Assembly (NCBI GenBank): GCA_963822945.1
Contig: CAWGJO010000021.1
Location: 128,001 to 192,000 of the forward strand
DNA from: an uncultured Gemmatimonadaceae bacterium
GTDB taxonomy: Bacteria; Gemmatimonadota; Gemmatimonadetes; Gemmatimonadales; Gemmatimonadaceae
DNA: 64,000 nt
Direction: 5' to 3'
Made by a program: the position numbers and the translations under genes. This document shows, one piece after another, positions 15,077 through 26,613 of this stretch. The stretch's first letter is position 1. Each line of letters begins with the position of its first letter. The notes beneath the pieces were generated by a model that ran no database searches, was not told where the DNA came from, and saw only the letters and a program-made list of their open reading frames with translations.

Positions 15077-15929
15077 ATGGAACGGCCCGTGACTCCCCAA
15101 CAACCGCGAATCAGCGCGCCGACGGCTTGGCAGATTACTCCCAGTTGTCCGGCAGAGTGGCAGGGTTGGATGAACGCCTGCGACGCTGGATTCTTCCATT
15201 CGCCCAAGAGCTTGCAGACGGGTGCGCCCGCGGGCGAACCGTTGTTCTGTGTCCACTCGAGTCCAGACGGGGTGGACGGAGTAGCGGTAGGCGTTCGTCA
15301 TGCCTGCCGGCTGAGCCGGCAGGCAAGGCACGTGTATTTTCCGTCAATTCCTGCATTACGCGATACTCACAATGGCGCGGGCGCCATCGAGGACTTGGTC
15401 GCCGCACTCAGCGAAGGCGGCGCCGCCGAAGTGATCATGGATTCCTTTGACGCTACGTGGTGCCACGGCTTGCCCGGCGCGACGGCATGCGTTCGCCGAG
15501 AAGAATTCGTCATCGCGCTCGGTGGGACACGGGAGGAAATGCTTGCGCGCTGCAGCCAACACCATCGGCGACACATCCGAAGGGGCGATCGTGCCGGCTG
15601 GACGGTACGCGCACACCTGGACTCGGATGCGAGTCGAGTGCTCGATGTGGTTCAGACCGGAGCGAGGCAGCGAACCAGCCTGCGCGCCGCGTCGCTTGAC
15701 GCCTCTTCGGTCGCAGGCCTTGCCGATCACATCCTCGACTCAACCACAGCGTGGGGGGCGACGGTGTTCGCGGCCTGGGATGGTGAGGTGATGCTCGCCG
15801 CAATATTGGTCGGCTGGGGGGGCCGTCGTGCGTACTATATCGCGGGAGGAGGAACGCCTGAGGGATACGCCGTGGGCGCGGCGGCGTGGCTCCAGTGGCA
15901 CATCACGGTGATGCTCGCATCCGGGGGCT
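15077..15929 (+). CDS. FemAB-like/GNAT acyltransferase, C-terminally truncated at the junction
   Basis: FFHSP, L..R.EMLARCSQHHRRHIRRG.R.G, GEVMLAAILV...AYYIAGG..PEGY; expected terminal strand/helix absent after ASGG. Confidence 0.65.
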
Positions 15930-15965
15930 GGCACCCACCACGAGCACGTCGGAGTCGTCGCTCAT
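15929..15965 (-). pseudogene. 5' stub of a probable FAD/NAD-dependent oxidoreductase
   Basis: Minus-strand ATG at 15965 reads MSDDSDVLVVGA (first Rossmann beta strand), with TATGCT just upstream; it then runs into unrelated sequence and stops. Confidence 0.5.
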
Positions 15966-16105
15966 CCGGCGCGGAGCATACCAGGGGGTCGGCAGTCGTG
16001 CGGATGAATTCCTGCACGCTGCAGTGCGGGCGCTGATTCATAAGGACGCCGCAGGCGCCGCCACTCACTCTTTGCCCGTGGATGGGTCTTTTAGGTGAGG
16101 TGATC

Positions 16106-16832
16106 ATGCGCTCGAAGTTTGTCTTTGGTCTTGCACTCGTTGCCGCCATGGCGGCAGTCCAGGGCTGCGGTTCGGACGACGAAGGAAGCGGCTCCGGCGG
16201 GTCCGGCGGCTCGACCGATGGCGGCATCGGCGGCTCCGGCGGCTCGACCGGTGGCTCTGGTGGGTCCGGCGGCTCGACCGGCGGCTCCGGCGGCTCGACC
16301 GGCGGCTCCGGCGGCATGGCCGGCGGGTCCGGTGGCGCGGCAGGCTCCGGCAGGCGCGGCAGGCGCGGCAGGCGCGGCAGGCGCGGCAGGCGCGGCAGGC
16401 TCCGGCGGCGCGGCGGGCGCAGCCGGCTCTGGTGGCGCAGCCGGCTCTGGTGGCGCAGCCGGCTCCGGCGGCGCAGCGGGTGGAACCAGCGCATCGTGCA
16501 CCGGCACGGCAACGCCCTGCGGCCAGCTCGGCGTAGCCGAGTGTGCCCTCGCCGCGGGCTGTAGCGCGCAGACCCCGAGTTGCAGCGGCACGGCCAAGGC
16601 GTGCAGCACCTACACGACCGCAGCCGGCTGCGCCCAGGCCGGCGGTTGCACGTTCTCGGGCAACCAGTGCAGCGGCACTCCGAACGCGTGCTCGACGAAG
16701 GCCACCAACACTCTGTGCACCTCCGCGGGCTGCACCTGGGACGCCAGCACCTGCGGTGGCACCGCGACGGCCTGTAGCACGATCACGACCCAGGCTACGT
16801 GCGCCTCGCAGCCCGGCTGCAGCTGGCAGTAG
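16106..16832 (+). CDS. Lipoprotein with Gly/Ser/Ala linker and four ~30-aa Cys repeats (frameshift ~16350)
   Basis: Signal peptide/lipobox VQGC; GGS/GAA linker; repeats C-x-GT-x3-C-x7/8-C-x3/4-GC. Confidence 0.75.
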
Positions 16833-16887
16833 CGCTTCAGTCGCGGGCAGCGGGGCAGGTCCCCGCTGCTCGCAACTCGCGCTTGGC

Positions 16888-17377
16888 TCAGGACGCGGCG
16901 ACCGCGATCACACCCAGCACCGCGACCAGCAGCACCACCACGATGCCGAGCAGCATGGCGAGGACGAAGCCACCGATCTGAACAATGGTCGCCGTGGACA
17001 GCTTGTTTACCGCGTCCATCAGGTGGCCCATGTCGTTGCCCTGGGTGTCGCGGATCTTCTTGAACGAGCCGCCGGCCAGCAGCAGCATGATGCCGATGAT
17101 GATCAGCGCCAGGGAGATCGGCGCGTTGTACAGCCACTGCGCCAGCCCGAAGATCCAGCTGGTGACGCCCTGACCCAGACCCCACACGATCTGCAGCACG
17201 CCGGAAACCATCGAGCAGCGTGCCGAGCTTGCCGATCTTCTGGTCCTGATCCGGCGTGAACTCGTACGCTCCGCCCCCTGCGGCCTGGGGCGCCCCCGGA
17301 GGAGCCCCGTAGCCGGGCGGTCCGCCACCCGGTGCCTGTCCTCCCCAACCCGGCTGTCCGTATCCACCCTGTTGCAT
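16888..17377 (-). CDS. Membrane protein, Gly/Pro-rich N-terminus, YEF motif, 3 TM (frameshift ~17220)
   Basis: MQQGGYGQPGW...AYEFTPDQDQKI joins the hydrophobic ORF containing GGSFKKIRDTQGNDMGHLMDA. Confidence 0.7.
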
Positions 17378-17439
17378 GAATGAGCCTCCTGTCAAAAGGG
17401 GTCAGGGTACCGCAACCGCGCGCGCCCAGCCCTCGAAAT

Positions 17440-20400
17440 TCAGTCGCTCGCGGAACGCCTCGGTCGACCCGCGAAGGCGGCGTAAACGACGGGAAGCACG
17501 AACAACGTGAGTAGGGTTGCCGTGACGAGCCCGCCAATCACCACGGTCGCCAACGGGCGCTGAACCTCGCTGCCCGGCGCCGTGGAAATCGCCATCGGCA
17601 AGAAGCCGAGCGAAGCCACCAGCGCCGTCATCAACACCGGCCGCAGCCGGAGCTCAGCGGCCCGGCGAATGGCCAAGGCCGCAGGCGCGCCCCGCTCCTC
17701 TTCCTGGCGCGCAAAGGCGACCAGCACGAGCCCGTTCAGCACGGCCACGCCAAACAGCGCAACAAAGCCAACCCCGGCGGAGATCGAGAACGGGATGGAA
17801 CGCAGCGCGAGGGCCAACACGCCTCCCACGGCAGCGAAGGGAACACCCAAGAATATGAGCGCCGCCGCCCGAGAGGAACGAAACGCCAACCACAAGAAGA
17901 AGAGGATCAGTCCTAGGGCCAAGGGCACCACCACGAGGAGCCGCCGCTTGGCCTCGGTGTAGTGCTGAAACTGGCCGCCCCACTTCCGGTGATAGCCGGT
18001 GGGTAGGTCGAGCTGTTGCTGCACGGCTCCTCGAGCCTCGTCCACGACAGAAAGCAGATCGCGCCCCCGGACGTTGAACTCGACGATGATGCGACGCGAC
18101 TGCGACTCCCGGTTGATCTGCGCCGGCCCAGTGAGGAAGCGGAGACTCGCAACGTCTCCCAGGGGGACGATCTGCCCGCTCACCGATCGAAGTGGCAGGG
18201 CATTGAGGGCAGCGAGGTCGCCGTCGAAACCGTGATGTATCAGGACGACGATTCCAAATCGACGTTCACCCTCCAACACCGACCCCGCCCCGTGCCCCAC
18301 TGCCAGGGTCTCCGCCACGCGGTTCACGTCCGCCACCGTCAGCCCATAGCGCGCGAGCTTGGCGCGTTCGGGCGTTATTCGGAGATAGCGAAGCCCGGCA
18401 ACTTGCTCCGCACGCACGTCCACGGCGCCCGGCACCTTGCCGATGATCTCCTGCGCTCGAGCACCCAACCGCTCCAGCTCGTCCAGGTTCGGTCCGTAAA
18501 TGAGAATTGCGGCATCCGCACGGATCCCCGCGACGAGCTCGTTCGTCCGCATCTCTATGGGTTGCGATATGCCGCCCGCAACCTCCGGCACCGCGCGCTC
18601 GAGCTTCTCCGAGATTTCTCGTGCCAGATCTTCCTTGGCGACGTCTGCTCGCCATTGTGCGCGCGGCCTGAGCGCGACATACACGTCGGTCTGCTCGATG
18701 CCCATGGGGTCCGTTGCCAGCTCGGGCGAGCCGGTCTTGCTCACGACGTGGCTCACTTCGGGCACCTCGAGAATCGCCTTTTGCATTCGCAAGTCCGTGG
18801 CCACCGATTGCGACAGCGCCACTCCGGGCAACCGGCGCGCTTCGACCAGAACGTCTCCCTCGTCGAGCTCCGGTACGAACTCGGCGCCGACCCGCGTGAA
18901 GGCCAATGCCCCGCCCACCAGGAACACGAAGGCGCTGGCGACGACGAGCCAGCGGTGCTGAAGCGCGCGGTCCAACAGCGGTGAGAAGAAGCGCTGGGCC
19001 GTGCGCACCAACCAGGTCTCACGTTGGCTCAGCCGGGGACGGACGACCAGGCTGGTCAGCACGGGCACCAAGGTCAGCGACAACACGAAAGCACCTGCCA
19101 GGGCCAAGAGCACCGTCGAGGCCATGGGGCGGAAGAGCTTGCCCTCCACTGCCGTGAGCGAAAGGATCGGAAGGTAGACGATGGCGATGATGAGCTCGCC
19201 GAAAACACTGGCCGAACGCACCTCCAGAGCAGCGTCGCGCACCACGTCAATCCGCTCCTCCGCGGCCAGCGCACGGCCCAAGCTCATGCGTCGCTCAGTC
19301 AGCCGCCGCGCCGCGTTCTCGACGATGATGACCGATCCATCCACGATGAGCCCAAAGTCGATGGCACCCAGGCTCATCAGGTTCCCGCTGATGCCCAGAG
19401 CCCGCATCATGGTGAGCGCGAACAACAACGAGAGCGGGATGACCGTGGCAACGACCAAACCGGCTCGCAGGTCGCCCAACAGCAAGAACAAGACGAGCAC
19501 GACGAGCAGCGCGCCTTCGACCAGGTTGGTGGTCACCGTGGAGATCGTGCGCTCCACCAACGCCGACCGGTCGTAGAAGGCTTCCACCCGGGTGCCCTCG
19601 GGGAGAGAGGGCTGGATCTCGGCGAGCTTGTCTTTCACCGCTTCGGTGACGGTGCGCGAATTCTCGCCCATCAACATCAGCGTCGTTCCGACGACCACCT
19701 CGCCCTTGCCGTCTTTGGATGCGGCACCGCGGCGTAGCCGGGGGCCAAAGCGAACGTCTCCCACCGTGGCGATGGTGATGGGCACGCCCTCGGGGGTAGC
19801 GCCGATCACCACCCCTTCCAGGTCTTCGAGGGACTGCACGAGCCCGTCCGTGCCAACGACGAAGTGCTCGCCTTCGTGCTCGATGTAGCCACCGCCGGCG
19901 TTCGCGTTCGAGCTTTCCAGCGCCTGCACGACCTGGGCGATCGAAACGCCGGATGCCTGCAGTCGCATGGGATCGAGCACCACTTGGTATTGCTTGTCCT
20001 CCCCACCGAAGCTGTTCACCTCCACCACACCAGGGACGGTGCGGAGCTGCGGGCCAATGTGCCAGTCGAGCAGCTCCTCGAGCTGCATCAGGGTGAGATC
20101 GTCGTTGGTAACGGTGAACTGATAGATCTCACCCAGTCCGGTGCTGATCGGGCCCATCTCGGGGGTCCCGTATTGGCTGGGCACCGCGCTTTGGGCCTCA
20201 CGCATCCGCTCACTCACCAGCTGGCGCGCGAAGTAGATGTCCGTCGAGTCCTCGAATACCACCGTAACGACGCTGATGCCGTACTTGGACAGCGAGCGCA
20301 CCTCGGTCGTGCGCGGCAAGCCGGCCATGCTGCGCTCGACGGGAACCGTCACGTATTTCTCGATCTCGACCGGTGACAACGCGGGCGCACTGGTGATGAT

Positions 20401-20550
20401 CTGCACCTGCTTGCTGGTGACATCCGGAACGGCGTCGATGGGGAGACGTGTCGCGGAGTGGACGCCATAGGCGATGAAGAGCAGCGTGGCCACGATTACG
20501 GCCGCTCTGTTCTTCAGCGACCACGCGACGATCGCCGAAAGGAGCTTCAC
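17440..20550 (-). CDS. czcA: CzcA/CusA heavy-metal RND permease
   Basis: 1036 aa; LPIDAVPDVT, GNLMSLGAIDFGLIVDGSVIIVEN, EGKLFRPMA, RLRPVLMTA, GSEVQRPLATVVIGG. Confidence 0.95.
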   Translation of the reverse strand: MKLLSAIVAWSLKNRAAVIVATLLFIAYGVHSATRLPIDAVPDVTSKQVQIITSAPALSPVEIEKYVTVPVERSMAGLPRTTEVRSLSKYGISVVTVVFEDSTDIYFARQLVSERMREAQSAVPSQYGTPEMGPISTGLGEIYQFTVTNDDLTLMQLEELLDWHIGPQLRTVPGVVEVNSFGGEDKQYQVVLDPMRLQASGVSIAQVVQALESSNANAGGGYIEHEGEHFVVGTDGLVQSLEDLEGVVIGATPEGVPITIATVGDVRFGPRLRRGAASKDGKGEVVVGTTLMLMGENSRTVTEAVKDKLAEIQPSLPEGTRVEAFYDRSALVERTISTVTTNLVEGALLVVLVLFLLLGDLRAGLVVATVIPLSLLFALTMMRALGISGNLMSLGAIDFGLIVDGSVIIVENAARRLTERRMSLGRALAAEERIDVVRDAALEVRSASVFGELIIAIVYLPILSLTAVEGKLFRPMASTVLLALAGAFVLSLTLVPVLTSLVVRPRLSQRETWLVRTAQRFFSPLLDRALQHRWLVVASAFVFLVGGALAFTRVGAEFVPELDEGDVLVEARRLPGVALSQSVATDLRMQKAILEVPEVSHVVSKTGSPELATDPMGIEQTDVYVALRPRAQWRADVAKEDLAREISEKLERAVPEVAGGISQPIEMRTNELVAGIRADAAILIYGPNLDELERLGARAQEIIGKVPGAVDVRAEQVAGLRYLRITPERAKLARYGLTVADVNRVAETLAVGHGAGSVLEGERRFGIVVLIHHGFDGDLAALNALPLRSVSGQIVPLGDVASLRFLTGPAQINRESQSRRIIVEFNVRGRDLLSVVDEARGAVQQQLDLPTGYHRKWGGQFQHYTEAKRRLLVVVPLALGLILFFLWLAFRSSRAAALIFLGVPFAAVGGVLALALRSIPFSISAGVGFVALFGVAVLNGLVLVAFARQEEERGAPAALAIRRAAELRLRPVLMTALVASLGFLPMAISTAPGSEVQRPLATVVIGGLVTATLLTLFVLPVVYAAFAGRPRRSASD

Positions 20551-20551
20551 G

Positions 20552-21703
20552 CTATTCCTCCTCGGCGAAGCTGTCTTTGAGCAAGGCGCTCTTCACCGAG
20601 AACACTCCGGCGCTGACGACGACCTCGCCCTCGCGCAGGCCGGCCCGCACTTCGACGCGACCCAAGCTGCCGTCGCCGAGCACGACTTCGTGGAGCTCGA
20701 AGTGGTTGTCGGCCTGCCGGACGAACACGACCTTTTTTCCGTGCACTTCCGTGACGGCCGAGCGCGGCACGACCAACTCCGCCGCGCGCTCTTTGCCCGT
20801 CTCGGTTTCCACCCGCGCGACGCCGAACAGCCCCACGCGCAACAGCTCGTCGTGGTTCTTCAGTCGCACCCGCGCGGTCAGGGTTCGGGCCACCGGATCG
20901 ACCTGCTTGCCCACGTACTCCAACTCACCGGCGAACCGCTGGTCGGGAAAGGCGTTCAGCTCCACTTCGGCTTTGGTCTCGGCGCGGACTTTTCCGAGGT
21001 CCTTTTCGAACACGCGCCCCAAAAACCAAACCTCCGAAAGATCGGCGATCGATCCCAATACCTCGTTGGCCGTGACGGGCTGGCCCACGACCGCATTCCG
21101 AGTCAGCACCGCCCCGGATACGGGAGCGCGCAGGGTCAGACTCGCACCACCCCCGGAGCCAACCGCGGCGAGATCGGCGGACAGACCACGCGCCTTCGCT
21201 TCGAAGGCTCGGACGTCGGCCTCGGCGTCGAGCAACTCTTGTTCGGACGTGAGGCCTTTGTCGAGCAGCGCCCGCAAGCGCTTCGCGTTGGCGTTGGCGG
21301 CCTTCGCTCTCGCTTGCGCGGTCGCGCGCTCTGCCCTGACGCGACCCAACTCGGGCACCCGGACCAACACCAGAGCATCGCCCTTCTTGACCCGAGCACC
21401 CTCCTTGAACAGCACTCGGTCGATGCGTCCGGCGATGGGAGAGCTGATGCGCGCACTTCGGTCCGGATCGGGAACGACTTCACCGGGCAGTGACAGCGTG
21501 GGTACGAGCCGCTCGCGCTTGACCGGCGTGGTGCGAATCTCGGCGGCCTTGATGACGTCGGCCGACAGGTGAACCGATTTGGGGGGCGCGATGTGCTCGG
21601 GCTCGTCCCGGTGGGACGGCTCGCCCGGAGGCAGCTCGCGTTGCTCGGCGGGCTTGGTACAGGACACCACGAGCAAGACCAAGAGTGCGGGCCAGCGGGT
21701 CAT
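20552..21703 (-). CDS. czcB: CzcB-like RND periplasmic adaptor (lipoprotein)
   Basis: Lipobox VVSC; ISSPIAGRI, LRAPVSGAV, IADLSEVW, VDPVARTL; ATGA overlap with czcC. Confidence 0.92.
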   Translation of the reverse strand: MTRWPALLVLLVVSCTKPAEQRELPPGEPSHRDEPEHIAPPKSVHLSADVIKAAEIRTTPVKRERLVPTLSLPGEVVPDPDRSARISSPIAGRIDRVLFKEGARVKKGDALVLVRVPELGRVRAERATAQARAKAANANAKRLRALLDKGLTSEQELLDAEADVRAFEAKARGLSADLAAVGSGGGASLTLRAPVSGAVLTRNAVVGQPVTANEVLGSIADLSEVWFLGRVFEKDLGKVRAETKAEVELNAFPDQRFAGELEYVGKQVDPVARTLTARVRLKNHDELLRVGLFGVARVETETGKERAAELVVPRSAVTEVHGKKVVFVRQADNHFELHEVVLGDGSLGRVEVRAGLREGEVVVSAGVFSVKSALLKDSFAEEE

Positions 21704-22977
21704 GACGCACCTGCCTGGAAGGGGAACGACGCAGCGCGCGCCAGCTCCACCGATGCCGTGCACAGCGCATGACGCGCTTCAACGCGCCCGCGCAAAAGCT
21801 CCATCAGCGCCTGCGCGGTCATCAGAGCGTCGCGCACCGGCAAGCGGAGCTCGGCAAGCTCGCGCCCGATGTCATCCAGAGCCTTCTCCGCTCTTTGGAT
21901 CCGCTGCGGCGTGAACGCCCCCAGCTCCCGTTTGCGGGACTGGAACTCGGCCAACGCGGTCACCAGTGTCAACCGAAGTGCCCGGCGCCTCTCGGCCAGC
22001 CGGCTCGAGGCGCTCTGGCCCAGGGCCTCGGCTTCTTCGATCTCTCCTGCGTAGGACCGGCCCAAGGGATGCGGGAGAGGTATGGGAAGCGCCAGCCCCG
22101 CACCGAAGATGCGGTCGTCTGCGCCCTCGCGAGCGGCGAACACGGACACCGTCAGGTTCGGGATGCGCCGACTGCGATACAGCTCCGCTCGAGCCAAGGC
22201 TTGCTCCCGCCGCGCAGCGAGCACTCTGACTTCTGGTCGCCCTGATTCGCGGCGGGCCATGGCCGCACGCGCGAAGGCTTCCACACCCGAGATGGGCTCG
22301 AGCTGTCCGCTGACCGCGAGCTGCGGTCGCGCGGGATCCAATCCGACGCGACTGGCGAGCTGAGCTCGGCGGGTCTCGAGCCGCCGGGCGGCGCCAATCT
22401 CCAGCCGACGCGCGCTCACTTCCACAGCGGCAGCGAGCTCCGCCTCGACGCTGGAGGCGGCGCCTTCTCTCGCTCGGGCTGACACCGCTTGCTCGATTGC
22501 CGCCGCATTTCGCCGGAACCGACGCACGAGCCGCAGGTCCTCGCGTGCGGCCAAAACGTCGAAGTAGGACTGCCAGGCGTCAGCAGCGACGCGCCGCTCC
22601 TCCAGGAGCGCCTGTTCCCGCTGGGCCCTGAGATTGGCGCGAGCCGCTCGCCTTCGCGCGCCGCGCTGGCCGCCGATCTCGAGCTGTTGCGACAGCTGCG
22701 CACTGAAATCCAAGGACGCTCCCGCGCCACGCGTCTCTCGGCGCCCGGCGCTGATCCCCAGCACCGGATTTTCCGGCAGCACTGCCCGTGCGGCCTCGCT
22801 CCTCCCGCGCGCCGCCGCCGTCTGGCGCTGGCTCGCGTTCACCGCTGGGCTGTGCGAAACGGCGCAACGCGCGACGTTTTGACGGCTGATGGCGGAGCAC
22901 GAGGTGGGCGCCGCGTCCACGTTTCCTGTGAGCGCCAGCGTTGCGAGCGCAACGCCGACGCGAAATCTTGTCCACAT
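21700..22977 (-). CDS. czcC: CzcC/TolC-family outer membrane efflux protein
   Basis: LPENP, QLSQQLEIGGQRGAR, RPEVR, RIPNLTVS motifs; upstream of adaptor and RND genes. Confidence 0.88.
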   Translation of the reverse strand: MWTRFRVGVALATLALTGNVDAAPTSCSAISRQNVARCAVSHSPAVNASQRQTAAARGRSEAARAVLPENPVLGISAGRRETRGAGASLDFSAQLSQQLEIGGQRGARRRAARANLRAQREQALLEERRVAADAWQSYFDVLAAREDLRLVRRFRRNAAAIEQAVSARAREGAASSVEAELAAAVEVSARRLEIGAARRLETRRAQLASRVGLDPARPQLAVSGQLEPISGVEAFARAAMARRESGRPEVRVLAARREQALARAELYRSRRIPNLTVSVFAAREGADDRIFGAGLALPIPLPHPLGRSYAGEIEEAEALGQSASSRLAERRRALRLTLVTALAEFQSRKRELGAFTPQRIQRAEKALDDIGRELAELRLPVRDALMTAQALMELLRGRVEARHALCTASVELARAASFPFQAGAS

Positions 22978-23066
22978 GACGAATAAACCTCCGCTCGGCG
23001 CCGCGGACGGCACCGAGAATCACGCGACCGCTCGACGAGAGCGGCCCTCGAAAGACCGACGGTGAT

Positions 23067-23429
23067 TCAGCCCGCGGTGGGCTTCGGAGGTCGGTACAGG
23101 GAGGTCGGCTCGGGATGTTTCGGCGTGCGGCCGTCGTGAGCCAGATCCAGTCGGCGATAGTCGCGAGGCAGAACCAGAGATGCTGCCCAGTCGTGCTCCG
23201 GGGGTTCGACCACGCCGCTGCGCGCACAGTGACAGTTGGTGCAACCCGGAGGACAGGACTTCCCGTCCTCGTCGCAGTCGCGTTCGTGATGGCCGACGTC
23301 GGCGAGGCCGAGAGCAACATCCTGAGCGGCATGCACGAAGCCGGAGAGCTCCAGCGCCATCAACAGCGCGACGAACCGCACCGCTGCGGCAGCGAGCCAG
23401 AAGATCCGGAACTTTCGGGCACCAAGCAC
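23067..23429 (-). CDS. CzcI/DUF2946-like small leader protein
   Basis: N-terminal hydrophobic segment, HHERDC...CPPGCTNCHC, C-terminal LYRPP; directly upstream of czcC. Confidence 0.7.
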   Translation of the reverse strand: MLGARKFRIFWLAAAAVRFVALLMALELSGFVHAAQDVALGLADVGHHERDCDEDGKSCPPGCTNCHCARSGVVEPPEHDWAASLVLPRDYRRLDLAHDGRTPKHPEPTSLYRPPKPTAG

Positions 23430-23494
23430 GGGGAAGGTACGTAACGTAGCGTATGTTTCCGGGATTTCAACGCTGGTGGCATACTCACCCCGCC

Positions 23495-24040
23495 ATGGGC
23501 CAATGGTCGGCGGTCGTCGGACGCAGCAAATTGGAAAAAGATCGGGTGGCCCTCGGGGTGGCCCAAGAGCTGGCCCGGCGCGGCATCCGGGTGGGCGGTT
23601 TCGTGCAGCTCCGCTCCCACGACGCCGAAGGTGAGCTGGTCGGCTGGGACGTGTGTCGGGTGAGCGACGGTACGCGCCATGCCCTGGCGCGGCGCTCGAA
23701 CGATCCGGATCTGTGCTCTTATCGCTTCGACGATGAAGCGTTCGCCGTGGCCAAAGCTTGGTCCCGCGAAGAACCAGCAGAAGTCATCTTCATCGGCGGT
23801 GTGGGCAAGCTGGAAGCCGCCGAGCGCGGGCACTGGCCGGTGCTGAGCGAGCTGGTGGAACGCAGCGACGGACCGCACGTGGTCGCCTGCATTCGGGACA
23901 CCTCGCTAGCCACCATCGCGCTGAGGCTTCCAGATCCGGTGGAAGCGCTCGAGCTTCCCGCCGAAGAGGATGCGGTGCGCGCCTTTACCGAGGCGCTGGT
24001 CGAGCGGGTGCGCTCACCAGGGGTTCGCGGGCCGGCATAG
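23495..24040 (+). CDS. DUF2478/NTPase-like protein
   Basis: LARRGIRVGGFVQ, CSYRFD, GVGKLEAAERGHW resemble the DUF2478 family. Confidence 0.65.
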   Translation: MGQWSAVVGRSKLEKDRVALGVAQELARRGIRVGGFVQLRSHDAEGELVGWDVCRVSDGTRHALARRSNDPDLCSYRFDDEAFAVAKAWSREEPAEVIFIGGVGKLEAAERGHWPVLSELVERSDGPHVVACIRDTSLATIALRLPDPVEALELPAEEDAVRAFTEALVERVRSPGVRGPA

Positions 24041-24783
24041 GCCGCCCTGACACGTCAGGATGCCCGCCGGCACGCAATCCGGATCGCCGCTGCAAGGAGC
24101 GAGGCAAACCTGCTCGGCGGCGCTGGCGCCATCCCCGCAGGTGAGGCCGGTCTCGCACTCCGTCGTGCCGAGCCCAGCGAGCACATACCGTTGCCCGTGC
24201 GACACGGCATGTAGGCCTGGCCGCAGGTGTCGAGCGCAGACGCCTGCCAGCCCAGCGCGTTGAAATCCGCGAATCGGCACAGCTCTCCCGTCGTTCCGCC
24301 GGACAGCGGCAGCGTCGTGCTCATCTCTTCGGGCGGCTGCTGACCGGGGCACGGGTCGGTCACGATCTTCAGCGGGAGATCCGCATCGCGCGCGATTTTC
24401 ACGTCGAAGGTCCAGTCGTAGATGCAGGAGCCGCACGCGGCGAGCAGACAGCCGGGGTTCGTGGCCCACAGCTCGAGCCCGGTCTCAGGGGTCTCCACTT
24501 TGCCCTTCCACTGCGCGCCGCAGCCTCCGGCGAAGTTCACCAGCGTGATGCGCAAAGCGTCTTCGCCCAAGGGCTCCCAGCGGATACAGGAAAGACCCGC
24601 GTAGGCATCCTCCGCCGTGAGCGCCTGGCCCGACTGCGCCTCCTTCTTGCACTTGCTGCCGGAGAACGCGACCAGCGCGCTGCCGGGCGAAGAACTGGAG
24701 CTGTTGTCATCCGACCCGCAAGCGCCGACCAACGCGGCGCTCGCGAACGCCAGGACCGAAAGCGTCAAGATCCTCTTCGACAT
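24014..24783 (-). CDS. Cys-rich lipoprotein (frameshift ~24170)
   Basis: Lipobox VGAC; C-terminus continues in a second frame as TTECETGLTC...CLAPC...C. Confidence 0.7.
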
Positions 24784-24841
24784 GTCGCCACCTCTCGGGC
24801 GAAGCGTAGCACCGCGCGAACGCCGCCCCGGGTGACCGAAG

Positions 24842-25838
<997 letters not shown>

Positions 25839-25870
25839 GGGCGACAAGGTACCCGAGGACTCGCCGGCCG

Positions 25871-26573
25871 TCAGCCGGCGCGGGGCGGGCGGCTTTTGCG
25901 AGCCTCGGCGGCGTGCCAACCGGGATTGCTGGCAAAAGCCGCGGCGCAGGTCAGCGAGCAGAACCAGAATTCCTCCCCGTGGTAGCGGAGGCGTCCGGCG
26001 GCGCCGCGGCGATCCACGGGCGTACGGCACACCGGGTCGATGGGGGTTTCCGTCACGCCCACCACCAGCGCCAGGGAGAAGAGCGGAATCGGGTCCCGAA
26101 CGTTCTTGAGCAATACGTTGCCGAGCTCGGCCACCGGAATGCCGAGGCCGCGAGCCGCCTCCGCGACAGGACCGGTGCCGAGCACCTCGCCGGCGTGGGC
26201 CTCGCCGGCGACGCGAGACGCGAGGTTCACCGCCGCGCCGAACACGTCGCCATCGCGTTCGACGGCATCGCCGTGGTGCAAGCCGGCTCGGAGTGCCGGA
26301 AAGCCTGGCTCACCCGCGGCGTAGGTCAGCAGCCGCTCGACCAAGGTAACGCCCGACAGCGGGTTCGGCGTCGTCACCAATACGGCGTCCCCGATGGTCT
26401 TCACCAGGCGGTCGCCCGGTTCGAGTGACTCCCGAGTGGAGATCGGCGAAGCGCGTCGCAACGTCCGCGGCGTCCTCGTCCCCCTGCGCTTCGGTGAGCG
26501 CAGTGTAACCAGCGAGGTCCACGAAACAGAAAGTCGCCTCGATGCGCGACGAAGTAGAGAGAGGTCCCGGCAC
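25871..26573 (-). CDS. Class III adenylate/guanylate cyclase fused to a C-terminal YHS/TRASH domain (frameshift ~26440)
   Basis: FVDLAGYTALTE, VKTIGDAV, RAGLHHG, DVFGAAVNLASRV; DPVC...FWFCSLTC...F. Confidence 0.88.
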
Positions 26574-26613
26574 GTCCCTATTCGAGTCTACACCCACCGT
26601 GTTACGCTGCGTC

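Noticed and set aside
16190..16490. Tandem GGCGGCTC/GGCGCGGCA repeats as a possible CRISPR or VNTR element
   Set aside because: Codon-phased, encode a Gly/Ser/Ala linker, no unique spacers, no cas genes
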